From positions 22,090 through 86,089 of the IMG/VR virus record IMGVR_UViG_3300042260_000483: a DNA stretch of 64,000 nt; one strand, 5' to 3'. The translations under genes were made by a program, and so were the position numbers. Shown piece after piece: positions 27,831-37,769 of this stretch. How positions within the stretch are numbered: position 1 is the stretch's first letter; every line of letters starts with the position of its first letter. The stretch comes from a virus. The notes beneath the pieces are model-generated. The model was given only the letters and a program-made list of their open reading frames with translations. It had not been told where the DNA came from and did no database searches.

Positions 27831-28175
27831 CTAATTGATTATTATCGTTGTTTTACTTATTTCTTTTTTAGTAACATCTTCCAATAACAAATATAAGTAT
27901 TTAACCGAAATTGATTTAGTGTATATTTTCTTTACATTTTCACCATATTGACCTGTGAATTTTTCTCTACTTATCACTTGTCCACTTTCTTTATCAATTA
28001 AAGTTAGATAATATACTCCTGCAGTGGGTAAATCAAAGTGTATAGATTGACCATTTGAAACATTACTTTCAGTTACACTAAATATATCATCTTTAGCCAT
28101 AACTTCTGGAAATGGTATTTCTGGTTTACTACAACCCCACATTAAAATTATACATATAAATAGTATTTTTTTCAT
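27831..28175 (-). CDS. Lipoprotein, paralog with T9SS-CTD-like domain
   Basis: MWGC lipobox; LTLIDKESGQVIS..GENVKKIYT. Confidence 0.55.
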   Translation of the reverse strand: MKKILFICIILMWGCSKPEIPFPEVMAKDDIFSVTESNVSNGQSIHFDLPTAGVYYLTLIDKESGQVISREKFTGQYGENVKKIYTKSISVKYLYLLLEDVTKKEISKTTIIIN

Positions 28176-30463
28176 TAGTTTACCTTTATTTTTAATTGTG
28201 TTCCACTTTTATTAACTGCATCTGTTGCTGATATTGATGATAATCCCAATACACTACCCAATCCTATTTTTGGTAAAAATGTTATTTTATATTCTGTTGT
28301 CTTATCTAATAAAGTTGAACCATCGGTAATCAACGAACCTAAAGTTATATAATCACCTTTATCAGTTCCAAAATTTGTAGGATTACCTTTTGTAGTGAAT
28401 TCTATTTTTTGGAATTCCAATGAAGTATTATCATAGTTTAACTTAAATTGTGTTCCAACTAATTCTTGTTGTAATGGGTCTATTGATATGGTGACAACCA
28501 ATTTACCACCAACGTTTTCACCCATAAGTGATGCGTTAATTTGATTAGAAACTGAATTTACACTTAAACTCATCGTTTTCAAACTATTAGTTGAAATGAC
28601 AGATGTAGTTTGTTGTGCTGAATGGGATAGATTTACATCACCTAACCAAGTTACATTCATATTATAGGTGTTATTCATTCCACTCAATGTGAATGGGAAT
28701 AAATTACGAGTTGAATTAAATTGAGTATTCCAATTAGATTTTGTAATAGCATCATAATCTGATTTACTATACAATTTCATCAAATAAGTTAATGCAGAAT
28801 ATTGTGTGAGAGGTTGAACACCTGTTAAATGTTGAAGAAGTTTATATGTGTCCGATTCATCAAACACACCATTACCATCCACATCTGCGTTCATATATTG
28901 TAGACCAGATGTAAATTCTAATCCACTTTGGTTTCCAAATAACCCACCATTTGCTAATTCCTTAAATGCAATGTAAACATCAGATACACCTACGATATTA
29001 CTATATAATGTATTTAATTCTGTTTGTGAATTTGGAATCAATTCGATACCATGTGGTTTATATGATTCAATTGGTGAAAATGTAAATTCTGCTCTTAATC
29101 CATATGCACCATTACCTGACCTAATAAACGATGCAAATGATGAACCACTAAAATTAAATTGAGTTGAAGTATAAACATAAACTTCTGTCCAACCATTTGG
29201 GTCATATGAATTAAATGTTACAGGTCCGTTCCATAAATCAAATAATTGTAAACTACTAATCGTAGATGGATTTGATAAAATCCCATTTACTTCCCTACTA
29301 TCAATTCCGATTCGATATCTTTGATTAATTACATCATAATCATAAATTACACACCATTCCACTCCACCGGTTGTAGTTGTTGCTCTTACTCCACCATTTG
29401 ATATTTTAGCAGTATCTAATAAACTTGTCAAATCTACTTTACCTAATCCACTCAATTGTTTAGCAGTTCCATTTACTATATTCCAATTATTGTTAGTGTA
29501 GGTGTATCCTTTTGCTGAAAATTTAGTTTCATCTACATTACCACCGAAATCAATATTGAATTTTGCAGATAAAACTTCTCCATTTGAATGAGATACACTA
29601 TTGGTATAAAATTCCGTAAATGTTGCATCATCTGGATTAGACCAAGTTCCGAATTCAACTACATATGCACAACTAAAATTATTTGGTAAATCATTCCATT
29701 GAGACCCACCTCCCCATTTTGTTACTGCATAATCTTCATTACCACTATTATTTGGCTCACCACCTGCCCAATTATTATATTGACCTACTATATTTCCACT
29801 AAGTTGTCCGTTTGAGGTTTTTATTAAAGTTCCTGCTTCAGGACCTGCATCAATTCTCCATTGACCTTCGGTTAATTCATCAGTTAATGCAAACCAAATA
29901 CTAGCTTGTGGGACGTTTGCATATATAAAAGCATCTTCCGAAGCAGATGTTATTGTTACCAAATATCCTTGCTGACCTTTGAATGTTTGTTGTGATGATA
30001 ATAACTTTGCATTAGAATAAGTTGCTCCACTTGATATTGGTCTATAAAAGTGTCCATTAACACCATTGTAAAAATAACCAACAGGGTTTACAGTTGCTGC
30101 TATGGATAATTGAACACTTCCTACTACCGAACCCGTATTTATCTTTAAAGATGATAATGCAGTGTTGATATTATCCATCGTACCAGATACCACTAAACGA
30201 GTTTTATTGCCATTTAAGGTAAATCCACTTGCTGCAGTTAAACCTGTTGTTGTATTTAATACGAATGTTGTACCTGAAGGTGGATTTACTAAACTGATTG
30301 ATGCTAATAAAGTTGATGTTGAACTAAACCCACTCAATACGAATCCACTTGCATCTTGTCCATTAGTGGATTGTGTAAATGATTTAGAGTCCGGAGCAGA
30401 TACACTCTGTCCGAACCCTAAAAATGATGTTAATAATAATAATGTAACTAATATTTTTTTCAT
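28175..30463 (-). CDS. Secreted adhesin: C-type lectin, dockerin-like and cohesin-like domains
   Basis: Signal peptide; GHFY...YLVTITS..E, WAGGEPNN and QWNDL (CTLD); ADVDGNGVFDESD (dockerin EF loop); GTQFKLNYDNTSLEF (cohesin-like). Confidence 0.75.
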   Translation of the reverse strand: MKKILVTLLLLTSFLGFGQSVSAPDSKSFTQSTNGQDASGFVLSGFSSTSTLLASISLVNPPSGTTFVLNTTTGLTAASGFTLNGNKTRLVVSGTMDNINTALSSLKINTGSVVGSVQLSIAATVNPVGYFYNGVNGHFYRPISSGATYSNAKLLSSQQTFKGQQGYLVTITSASEDAFIYANVPQASIWFALTDELTEGQWRIDAGPEAGTLIKTSNGQLSGNIVGQYNNWAGGEPNNSGNEDYAVTKWGGGSQWNDLPNNFSCAYVVEFGTWSNPDDATFTEFYTNSVSHSNGEVLSAKFNIDFGGNVDETKFSAKGYTYTNNNWNIVNGTAKQLSGLGKVDLTSLLDTAKISNGGVRATTTTGGVEWCVIYDYDVINQRYRIGIDSREVNGILSNPSTISSLQLFDLWNGPVTFNSYDPNGWTEVYVYTSTQFNFSGSSFASFIRSGNGAYGLRAEFTFSPIESYKPHGIELIPNSQTELNTLYSNIVGVSDVYIAFKELANGGLFGNQSGLEFTSGLQYMNADVDGNGVFDESDTYKLLQHLTGVQPLTQYSALTYLMKLYSKSDYDAITKSNWNTQFNSTRNLFPFTLSGMNNTYNMNVTWLGDVNLSHSAQQTTSVISTNSLKTMSLSVNSVSNQINASLMGENVGGKLVVTISIDPLQQELVGTQFKLNYDNTSLEFQKIEFTTKGNPTNFGTDKGDYITLGSLITDGSTLLDKTTEYKITFLPKIGLGSVLGLSSISATDAVNKSGTQLKIKVN

Positions 30464-30466
30464 ATC

Positions 30467-32119
30467 TTATTCAACTATTAAGTCAATTTTGTTACCCTTT
30501 GAATCTACTGCATCTGAAAGAACGAAGTAGAATAATCCTGCAGTATTTGTTAAAGGTGTTTTTGGTGTAAAAATCAATTTGTAAGGAGTCCCTACTTTAA
30601 TTCTTGCAGTTTTTAATTGGTCAATAGAACCAAACGTTAATCTACCATTTTCATGTGTAGAGAAATTAGTGATGGTATTACCTGTATCAAATATTACATT
30701 ATCCAATGTTAATTTAGATTCATCATAATTCATTACGACTTGTAAACCTGCTAATTCTGTTTTTGTTAATTTAGTAGTTAATACAACTTTACCACCTTCC
30801 AATGTAGATGATATACCCAATGTTGCTTTTTCAACTGCTAAAGTTTGATAAGCCATTGTTGTATTACTCATTGATTTGATTGAGTTTACTTGTTTACTAC
30901 TCACTGCGTTTGTATATTGTCCAGCACTTATTTTAGTTGCTATTACTGATGGGTCTGATGAATGTGACCAGTTCAAATCACCACCCCAAGCAAATACTGC
31001 ATAAACTTCTTTAATTGGAGTATCAATCAATACTCTGTTTTTAACAATACCATCTAACCAATTTTGATTCAATAAACCACTATACCATCTTACTGATGTT
31101 GAAGTGTTAGTAGGAATCATTGCAGTTGATGATACATCTTGTCCCATTATGTGTGCAAATAAAGCGTAAGAATCACCTTCACCGAATGCGTTATTATTAG
31201 TAGTTACTTTACCAATTTTCTTTTCCAATGTAGGTAAAGTAAAGTAGTTTCCAGTTCCACTAATATCAGTTTGTGAATGACCTAAGAATGCTTTGTATGC
31301 ATCCGATACGGTTACAATATCATTCATCCATGCTTTTTGGAATGCCGGTCCAACAAATACACCAACTGAATCTCCTACTTTAACTTGAGTTGTGAATAGT
31401 GCCTCACCACTACCATCCAATGGTAATTGTGCAATAGGTTGTTGAGACCAATCAATAGTGCCACTGCCATCTGATTTTAATCTCATCAATTGAACGTTAT
31501 GATCTGTGATGTTATATCCTTGTGGAAATAAAACTTTTACTTTGAATTGAGATGTATTACCCGTTACGTTATTTAAAGATGATGAACCACCGCCATAAAT
31601 AGTTCCCACATTCGAACCATCAATATCAGTACCAGTTGCTAAATCTAATTTGAAAATATTGTTGTAAGTATTTTGGTCTTTTAGAATGTATTTTTGAGTA
31701 GCAATCAATCCACTAATAGATGCATCTGCACGTTGAATAGTCAATTGACCAACATTCCAATCTACATTTGATTGATAATTCCACGGAGTTAACCCATACT
31801 GAACGTTCAAATCATTATCACTTGCACCACCATTGAATATAAACTTATAGTTATTCCAACCAGTATAGAAAGTTTGAGTAGATGAACCCTGATTAAATGT
31901 AGTTGAAACATATGTCAACGCTTTGTTGTTATATTGATATCTAAACCAAAGATAACGTGGATTCTTAATCACTTGTCCTTTTGATAATGTATATTTGACA
32001 GTGATGGTATCTCCAACTTTTAACCCAGTTGCAGGTGTTAAGGACTGACTAATAGTTAGTTGTCCAAATGATGTAAGTGATATTAAAAATATCCCCAAAA
32101 ATGTTAATAGTTTTTTCAT
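30467..32119 (-). CDS. Secreted cohesin/dockerin-like protein, C-terminal half paralogous to the neighbouring adhesin
   Basis: Signal peptide; VGDTITV..YQYNNKAL; VTVSDAY; GDLNWSHS; GLQVVMNYDESKL. Confidence 0.65.
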   Translation of the reverse strand: MKKLLTFLGIFLISLTSFGQLTISQSLTPATGLKVGDTITVKYTLSKGQVIKNPRYLWFRYQYNNKALTYVSTTFNQGSSTQTFYTGWNNYKFIFNGGASDNDLNVQYGLTPWNYQSNVDWNVGQLTIQRADASISGLIATQKYILKDQNTYNNIFKLDLATGTDIDGSNVGTIYGGGSSSLNNVTGNTSQFKVKVLFPQGYNITDHNVQLMRLKSDGSGTIDWSQQPIAQLPLDGSGEALFTTQVKVGDSVGVFVGPAFQKAWMNDIVTVSDAYKAFLGHSQTDISGTGNYFTLPTLEKKIGKVTTNNNAFGEGDSYALFAHIMGQDVSSTAMIPTNTSTSVRWYSGLLNQNWLDGIVKNRVLIDTPIKEVYAVFAWGGDLNWSHSSDPSVIATKISAGQYTNAVSSKQVNSIKSMSNTTMAYQTLAVEKATLGISSTLEGGKVVLTTKLTKTELAGLQVVMNYDESKLTLDNVIFDTGNTITNFSTHENGRLTFGSIDQLKTARIKVGTPYKLIFTPKTPLTNTAGLFYFVLSDAVDSKGNKIDLIVE

Positions 32120-32616
32120 TTTGTTAAATCCTTTACTATGCTTTCACATACTTTTTTAAGTGCTATACTTGCGGTTTGTTGATTAAACGAACCATCTTCT
32201 GCAACCACCAAAGTAGAAGTTGAAATTTCTTTACTTTGACCTTTCTGTATTGTCTTTTTTACAACTTTACCATTTCTTCGTAATTCACCAATAGCAATGA
32301 TTTCAGTCAAAGACACATCATTGTGATAAATACCGATATTTTGACCGATATTTTTTACATCAAAAAATACTAAACGGATTGTTATTTCTTCCTCCGCATC
32401 GGGAGTTAATTGATAATCTAAATCTTGAAATAATTCTTCTAAGATATTCTTTACACCCACTGCCATATTTCTTTGGCCAGCAAATGGTCCTAATCGAATT
32501 TCATTAGTTATTTCACCGATTTTAATTTTTTTGTCTTCTTGAGATGAATCTGATACAAATACTAATATTGTGCAGATACAAAAAATCTTAATTAAATTTA
32601 ATAGACCGTATTTCAC
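32116..32616 (-). CDS. Exported protein, possibly CsgG-like
   Basis: N-terminal hydrophobic segment; MAVGVKNILEE and SIALKK echo the CsgG-like ORF; AGGAGG before the GTG start. Confidence 0.55.
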   Translation of the reverse strand: MKYGLLNLIKIFCICTILVFVSDSSQEDKKIKIGEITNEIRLGPFAGQRNMAVGVKNILEELFQDLDYQLTPDAEEEITIRLVFFDVKNIGQNIGIYHNDVSLTEIIAIGELRRNGKVVKKTIQKGQSKEISTSTLVVAEDGSFNQQTASIALKKVCESIVKDLTK

Positions 32617-32688
32617 GTTACCTCCTGGTTTGGATTTAGGTAACCTTAATTTATGAAACTGATTTGTATAACATTTAAAATTTGTAAA

Positions 32689-32696
32689 TATAAATA
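32689..32696 (-). promoter_or_regulatory. Putative late-promoter motif TATTTATA heading the envelope/lysis operon
   Basis: Recurrent motif. Confidence 0.5.
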
Positions 32697-32710
32697 CGAG
32701 ACTAAAAACA

Positions 32711-32734
32711 AAAAACTCACTATTAAGTGAGTTT
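32711..32734 (-). terminator. Intrinsic terminator ending the glycosyltransferase island
   Basis: AAACTCACT-ATTA-AGTGAGTTT stem plus T-rich tail. Confidence 0.65.
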
Positions 32735-33616
32735 ATTGTATTCTTCTGTTAATTTGGAGGTAGCAATTTTTTTAAATTCATCCTTTCGATTGTAAATACT
32801 CATATGATTTATATAGTGTCCTTGATTTCGATATCGATAATTTTCACAAACAACTATGTTTTTTAACTTAAATTGTTTGACAGGATTATTATCCAATCTC
32901 GAGATTTTTTCAGAAGCCCACATAATGTAAGTATCATCTGCAGGACCATAATGACCAAAGGATTCTGGTATACCGATTCGATTTAATAATTTAGCACTAA
33001 TACACGTAAACCATCCTCCTGCGAATTTGTAAGTTGGTTGTTCTGGTATCGTATTTACAACCGATTCAACTGATACCTCGCCTTTAATTCCACTATCTTT
33101 ATATGGATTATTAGTTAGATGATAATTTAATGGTTTATCTAAAAATGATTCATTAACTAAACAATCCCACGTATCATCCCATAATTTTACAATTTCGGGA
33201 GTGATGATAGTATAATCATATTCAGATAAAGCTGATAAACTACTTACCATATAAGGTAAAGTTCGTTCATCGAATACAATATCACTATCTAACCAAATAA
33301 AATAATCAGCATCTTCATATCTTTCTAAGACATCTCTTTTATGTGAGATACATCCTTTAATTGTTTCACTTGCATTGAAAGTTTTACTACACCAATCCAC
33401 ATCAGTAGATAATTTTAACAATTTATCTAAAAAATATGATTTTGGTAATGATGATTTTTTCCAATCAATCATATCATCTGCTATAGTCATTGCCACATCG
33501 ATTGTAAAATCAATTTTAGAATCTAATAAGAGAGATGATTTTTTTAATTGCAAAAGAATTTGCTCTAAATCATCAATCTCATGTGGTAATATAAATGTTG
33601 ATAAAACTATATTCAT
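32723..33616 (-). CDS. GT-A (GT2-like) glycosyltransferase
   Basis: IWLDSD DxD motif and YGPADDT. Confidence 0.65.
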   Translation of the reverse strand: MNIVLSTFILPHEIDDLEQILLQLKKSSLLLDSKIDFTIDVAMTIADDMIDWKKSSLPKSYFLDKLLKLSTDVDWCSKTFNASETIKGCISHKRDVLERYEDADYFIWLDSDIVFDERTLPYMVSSLSALSEYDYTIITPEIVKLWDDTWDCLVNESFLDKPLNYHLTNNPYKDSGIKGEVSVESVVNTIPEQPTYKFAGGWFTCISAKLLNRIGIPESFGHYGPADDTYIMWASEKISRLDNNPVKQFKLKNIVVCENYRYRNQGHYINHMSIYNRKDEFKKIATSKLTEEYNKLT

Positions 33617-34404
33617 TTGTATTTTGTTTTTATTAAGTTTTTAAGTGTATCATCCCTATCATACTGATGCACGATTGTAAATAATTCACCATTTGAAGTT
33701 TTTATCAAATCACCATCGATTGTAGCAAGTTCTTCACTACAAAGATGTTGTTTATCAAATCTAATTTTCAAATGTAATTGTGCAGCAAAACCTTCTTGTT
33801 GTTTTACAAACTGAACCTTATCTTTGAATTGATGTAATCTCAATAATATATTATATGCTGCTTGGTCTGCTAATTGTCCTGGATTTGAAGTTGTTAATGA
33901 CCATCTGTAAATATCGATGAATAAATCTTTAATAGCATCTTTTTTACCAACAATCGTTCCTGCACAATAAATTTCTTCGTTCTTCAACCATTCCCATTCA
34001 ATTGGAAATGATGTTCCTGCATTAATATGTGCCCAACTATCGTGATCAAAAATCAATGATTCAGAAAAAGCAAGGATATCACCTTTCATATTCTTATCTA
34101 ACCATTCAGTTGGATTTTTTTGAAATACAATATCTTTCACATCACACCATATAATAACATCAGTTTGTAAAGATTGTAATAAAACATACATATCTCTAAA
34201 TCTCTGAACTATTATATGTTGTTGTAATTCTGAACCATATAAACTCCATCCTTTACTTTTAAGATACTCAATCGTATCATTTGATATTTCATATACCAAC
34301 ATCAATTTCTCGCCGGTATATCCACTTTGTTCGATAGATTCTACAAATGGTTTTATATCTTCAATTCCGTATTTTGTTATACAACCTACTATTGTGTAAT
34401 TCAT
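33613..34404 (-). CDS. Glycosyltransferase-like protein
   Basis: DVKDIVFQ.NP, ADQAAYN and VHQYDR. Confidence 0.65.
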   Translation of the reverse strand: MNYTIVGCITKYGIEDIKPFVESIEQSGYTGEKLMLVYEISNDTIEYLKSKGWSLYGSELQQHIIVQRFRDMYVLLQSLQTDVIIWCDVKDIVFQKNPTEWLDKNMKGDILAFSESLIFDHDSWAHINAGTSFPIEWEWLKNEEIYCAGTIVGKKDAIKDLFIDIYRWSLTTSNPGQLADQAAYNILLRLHQFKDKVQFVKQQEGFAAQLHLKIRFDKQHLCSEELATIDGDLIKTSNGELFTIVHQYDRDDTLKNLIKTKYK

Positions 34405-35144
34405 TATTTTCCGTATTTTTTCCAATCGTTGTGTTTGAATAATCCTTCATTGTGTCCAACTTTGAAATCTTGTCTTGGCCACCAATATGCAATCTTTCTT
34501 TCCAAATCAATACCCTCACCCATAAATGGTTCGATTGCATCTAAATAAAATTGTTTTTTATATAAACAAGGATTGTTTGTCCAATTCCCATAACGAGATG
34601 TGGTGTAAAACATATCTTCACTTTTCTTAATTTGTTCTGGAAACTCAATATCAGGTTCACACCAATGAACTGAATCTAATAGATGTGGTGATGTAAGTTC
34701 GTGCCAATCATCATAGTATTCTAATTCTCTACCTTTATATTGAAATGAAAAATGTGGATGACCGGGTTCTCTTCTATGTCTTAAACGAACTACATCCAAT
34801 CCCATTTCTAATGCCTGATAACTTTTCTGTAATCTTAAAAATGTAGTTTCTTCGTTTTCGATTAGATTCCAATCATGCTCTAAAATAAGAACATAATCTG
34901 TTTGTGCATTTTCAGTTAAACGTTTGAATGCTTTACCAATTCCAATATTTTTTTGTAAACCAATACAATCAATACCAAAATGTGATGCAATTTTAATATC
35001 CTCCTCCGTTACTTCTTGAAAAAGAATAGTAACATCGTTTACCATATCGAATAACCCATTGTGGTAATATGTTGTCAGAGTGTCTACCAGAACTTGACCT
35101 GAATGCCATGCAAGTATTCCTACACTAATTGGTAGTTTTTTCAT
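34404..35144 (-). CDS. GT2-like glycosyltransferase
   Basis: NIGIG, LILEHDW and WTNNP. Confidence 0.6.
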   Translation of the reverse strand: MKKLPISVGILAWHSGQVLVDTLTTYYHNGLFDMVNDVTILFQEVTEEDIKIASHFGIDCIGLQKNIGIGKAFKRLTENAQTDYVLILEHDWNLIENEETTFLRLQKSYQALEMGLDVVRLRHRREPGHPHFSFQYKGRELEYYDDWHELTSPHLLDSVHWCEPDIEFPEQIKKSEDMFYTTSRYGNWTNNPCLYKKQFYLDAIEPFMGEGIDLERKIAYWWPRQDFKVGHNEGLFKHNDWKKYGK

Positions 35145-35868
35145 AGTAATTTTTTATATGATTCCAAATTTGTCTTATAATATTTCTTTTGTTAGTATGT
35201 CCACCCATCTTAGGACCAGTAAAGTGCCAGATATATGAATCATTTACAAACGAACCATCCTCATACTCATGCATGACCATATTATTCCAAATATATTCTA
35301 AATGATGAATTTCAGTTGGAAACAATTCATATGCTATAATATTAACAGGAGTTTGTTCACAAGCATTTGGTCCTTGTGGTCCGATTTTGTAAAAGAATGA
35401 CCAATAATCATAATACTTAGGCATCTGTTCTCTAATTGCTAAATATTTTTTCTTTGATAAAAATACAAATCCCGTATTAAAGTATTTATCTGCCGGAGTT
35501 TTTATATCAGGGTTAATTCTAATCCATTGTTGTAAATGACGATGTCCAGAAAATTCTCCACCTGCATCTGCTACAACACACATTTCATAATCTTTAGCAA
35601 CTTCGAATATATTTGGGGTATCCCATCTAACCATAGTATCTGCATCTACGATTAAAACTTTATCATATTCCAAATCAACTAAACGATTATCAAACCAGGG
35701 TTCAAAACATCCGTTTCCCCATGGCTCGAAATCATATACTTTTTTTTCATTTGCAATAATCAATTCAATATTCCACTTATTGCAATACCATTTCCAGGAT
35801 TCAATACATTCTGGTAATTGAGTATTAAATCCATTATACGCAGGTATAAAGATTATATTTTTACTCAT
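35125..35868 (-). CDS. GT8-like glycosyltransferase
   Basis: VDADT, YFNTGF, EQTPVN and WHFTG; start MSKNII. Confidence 0.7.
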   Translation of the reverse strand: MSKNIIFIPAYNGFNTQLPECIESWKWYCNKWNIELIIANEKKVYDFEPWGNGCFEPWFDNRLVDLEYDKVLIVDADTMVRWDTPNIFEVAKDYEMCVVADAGGEFSGHRHLQQWIRINPDIKTPADKYFNTGFVFLSKKKYLAIREQMPKYYDYWSFFYKIGPQGPNACEQTPVNIIAYELFPTEIHHLEYIWNNMVMHEYEDGSFVNDSYIWHFTGPKMGGHTNKRNIIRQIWNHIKNYYEKTTN

Positions 35869-36497
35869 CTCTGAATTGTTTCGTAATAATCGTTTTGTTT
35901 TTCCTGTCTTTGAATTTCTTTTGGATGGTATAAACACCAATCTTCTTCAGTTGGGAAATTTGAAAATGTGGTGTAACCTGTGATGGTTTCGTGAACTTTA
36001 TTCATCCACACAACGTCATCGGTTCTTTTGTAAATTCTCAATTGGTAATCGGGAAAATTTACCCAACCTTTTTCATTTACATTCCATCCCCATTTTTTAA
36101 TGTGAGATTCGGTTAATCCTTCAACGGTATTGATACGTGGAACGAATACTACATCTACTGGGTTGGATTCTAATACTTGAGGTAAATACTCAATTAATGT
36201 CTGATGTGGAATTTCATCTGCATCAATTTGAAAAATATAATCCTTACTACAATGTGATTTTAGATTATTTTTAAAAGTTGCAAAATCATTATTAAGTGGA
36301 AATGAAATAAGTGTATGATTATCTTGCATCATATCCATTACATTCAAATATTCTTTGACTTCTTGAGTAGCAGATGTTGAATCATATTGAATTACAACTT
36401 CATCTTCTGGTCTTATATGTAATTGTAAAAAGTTTAGTAATTTAACTATTTCTTCTAATTCATTACAAACCGTTATTGCGTAACTTATACTAATCAT
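35865..36497 (-). CDS. GT2 glycosyltransferase
   Basis: ITVCNE, FQIDADE, PDYQ.R and VHE. Confidence 0.8.
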   Translation of the reverse strand: MISISYAITVCNELEEIVKLLNFLQLHIRPEDEVVIQYDSTSATQEVKEYLNVMDMMQDNHTLISFPLNNDFATFKNNLKSHCSKDYIFQIDADEIPHQTLIEYLPQVLESNPVDVVFVPRINTVEGLTESHIKKWGWNVNEKGWVNFPDYQLRIYKRTDDVVWMNKVHETITGYTTFSNFPTEEDWCLYHPKEIQRQEKQNDYYETIQR

Positions 36498-37251
36498 TTT
36501 TTTTAATTTCTTTGTAAATACTATTTGCTATTATGTGATGACCTTCTAAAATTAAATGATTATCACCTTTATTTAAATTCTTATCAGAAAAATAATTTTC
36601 AATAACCAACAACGGATGATTTTCACTCAAATCATCGGTTGATGTGTATTCGTTTTCTTTATATTTTAAGGTTACAAAGTTTGAATATAATTTATGAGTT
36701 TTTAAAACTTCAACTGAATCTTTGGGGTATGCTATTATATAAACTAATACTCCATTTGATTCTAAAAAAGTTTTAAATTCATATAATTTATCATAGAAAT
36801 AAGTGTATGAATCTTTAAGAATAGTATCATTATCCAACCCAAGCACTTGTCTTTCATATTCCAACGTAGAATAATCAGTTTTTTCTAATATCTCACCCGA
36901 TGGTAATTTAAATATAAATGGGTCTCTAGAAAATTCTGTAAGTTGAAATACGCAAATTTTATAATTTTCTAAATTAGAAGGATTGTTATAGAATTCAGTA
37001 GCAAAAGTTAATGATTCCATATTAGAACCACCATTTCTTGATTTAGTAATATATTCAACTCCTAATTGGTTAGCCAATAAAGCAGGCCAACGATTTTGGT
37101 ATATAAAATTTAATTGAGCATCATCTAATGTTTTAAGTGAATCTGGAAACTGAGGTCTATCCTGTTTCCATACCACCGAATCTAAACCTGAAAAGAATTG
37201 TAATGATTCTCCCCAAGTGAATGAACATCCTAATGCTAGTATATTATTCAT
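36490..37251 (-). CDS. SGNH-like protein
   Basis: LGCSFTWG, NGGSN and DNHL..GH. Confidence 0.65.
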   Translation of the reverse strand: MNNILALGCSFTWGESLQFFSGLDSVVWKQDRPQFPDSLKTLDDAQLNFIYQNRWPALLANQLGVEYITKSRNGGSNMESLTFATEFYNNPSNLENYKICVFQLTEFSRDPFIFKLPSGEILEKTDYSTLEYERQVLGLDNDTILKDSYTYFYDKLYEFKTFLESNGVLVYIIAYPKDSVEVLKTHKLYSNFVTLKYKENEYTSTDDLSENHPLLVIENYFSDKNLNKGDNHLILEGHHIIANSIYKEIKKND

Positions 37252-37768
37252 TTACTCCCTTTTCTGCAACTTCAGTTTGAATCGTATCTCTTTGAGTTGT
37301 GGTAGTTCCACCCTCTTTAAATAACGTTCGTAAAAATCCTTCTTCAAATCTAATCTCCCAAACATTCTGAATATTATCTAAAATATAAGTTCTATAATTA
37401 GCCATTTTAGATGAATATACTTTTGAATTCGTTTTTATATAAGTTTCAAATAATTGTTTACCATCGTTTGAAAATAATTTTAACAATTCTTCTAATGCTT
37501 GATCTGATTTTATGGGGATTCGTTTATCTCTTAATTTATTTATAAGATTTGTAAAATCAATTGGTTTAACATCATTTAATTTAATACAATGTATTTTACC
37601 ATCAATTTTACCAATAACAAATACATAACGAGATTGATCACCAACTTTAGTAGGAGGTGTTCCACCTGCATAAGTAGAAATTCGATAAATGTTTCTGGGT
37701 TTTATCTCACCTTTACTTACCCTAACTTCCGGTTTTAAAAATTGTTTATACTGACCTGTGTATGCCAT
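37244..37768 (-). CDS. Hypothetical protein
   Basis: ORF; start MAYTG preferred. Confidence 0.7.
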   Translation of the reverse strand: MAYTGQYKQFLKPEVRVSKGEIKPRNIYRISTYAGGTPPTKVGDQSRYVFVIGKIDGKIHCIKLNDVKPIDFTNLINKLRDKRIPIKSDQALEELLKLFSNDGKQLFETYIKTNSKVYSSKMANYRTYILDNIQNVWEIRFEEGFLRTLFKEGGTTTTQRDTIQTEVAEKGVNE

Positions 37769-37769
37769 T

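Noticed and set aside
37244-37768. Possible T4 gp2-like DNA end protector
   Set aside because: Only a vague resemblance; diagnostic residues could not be confirmed
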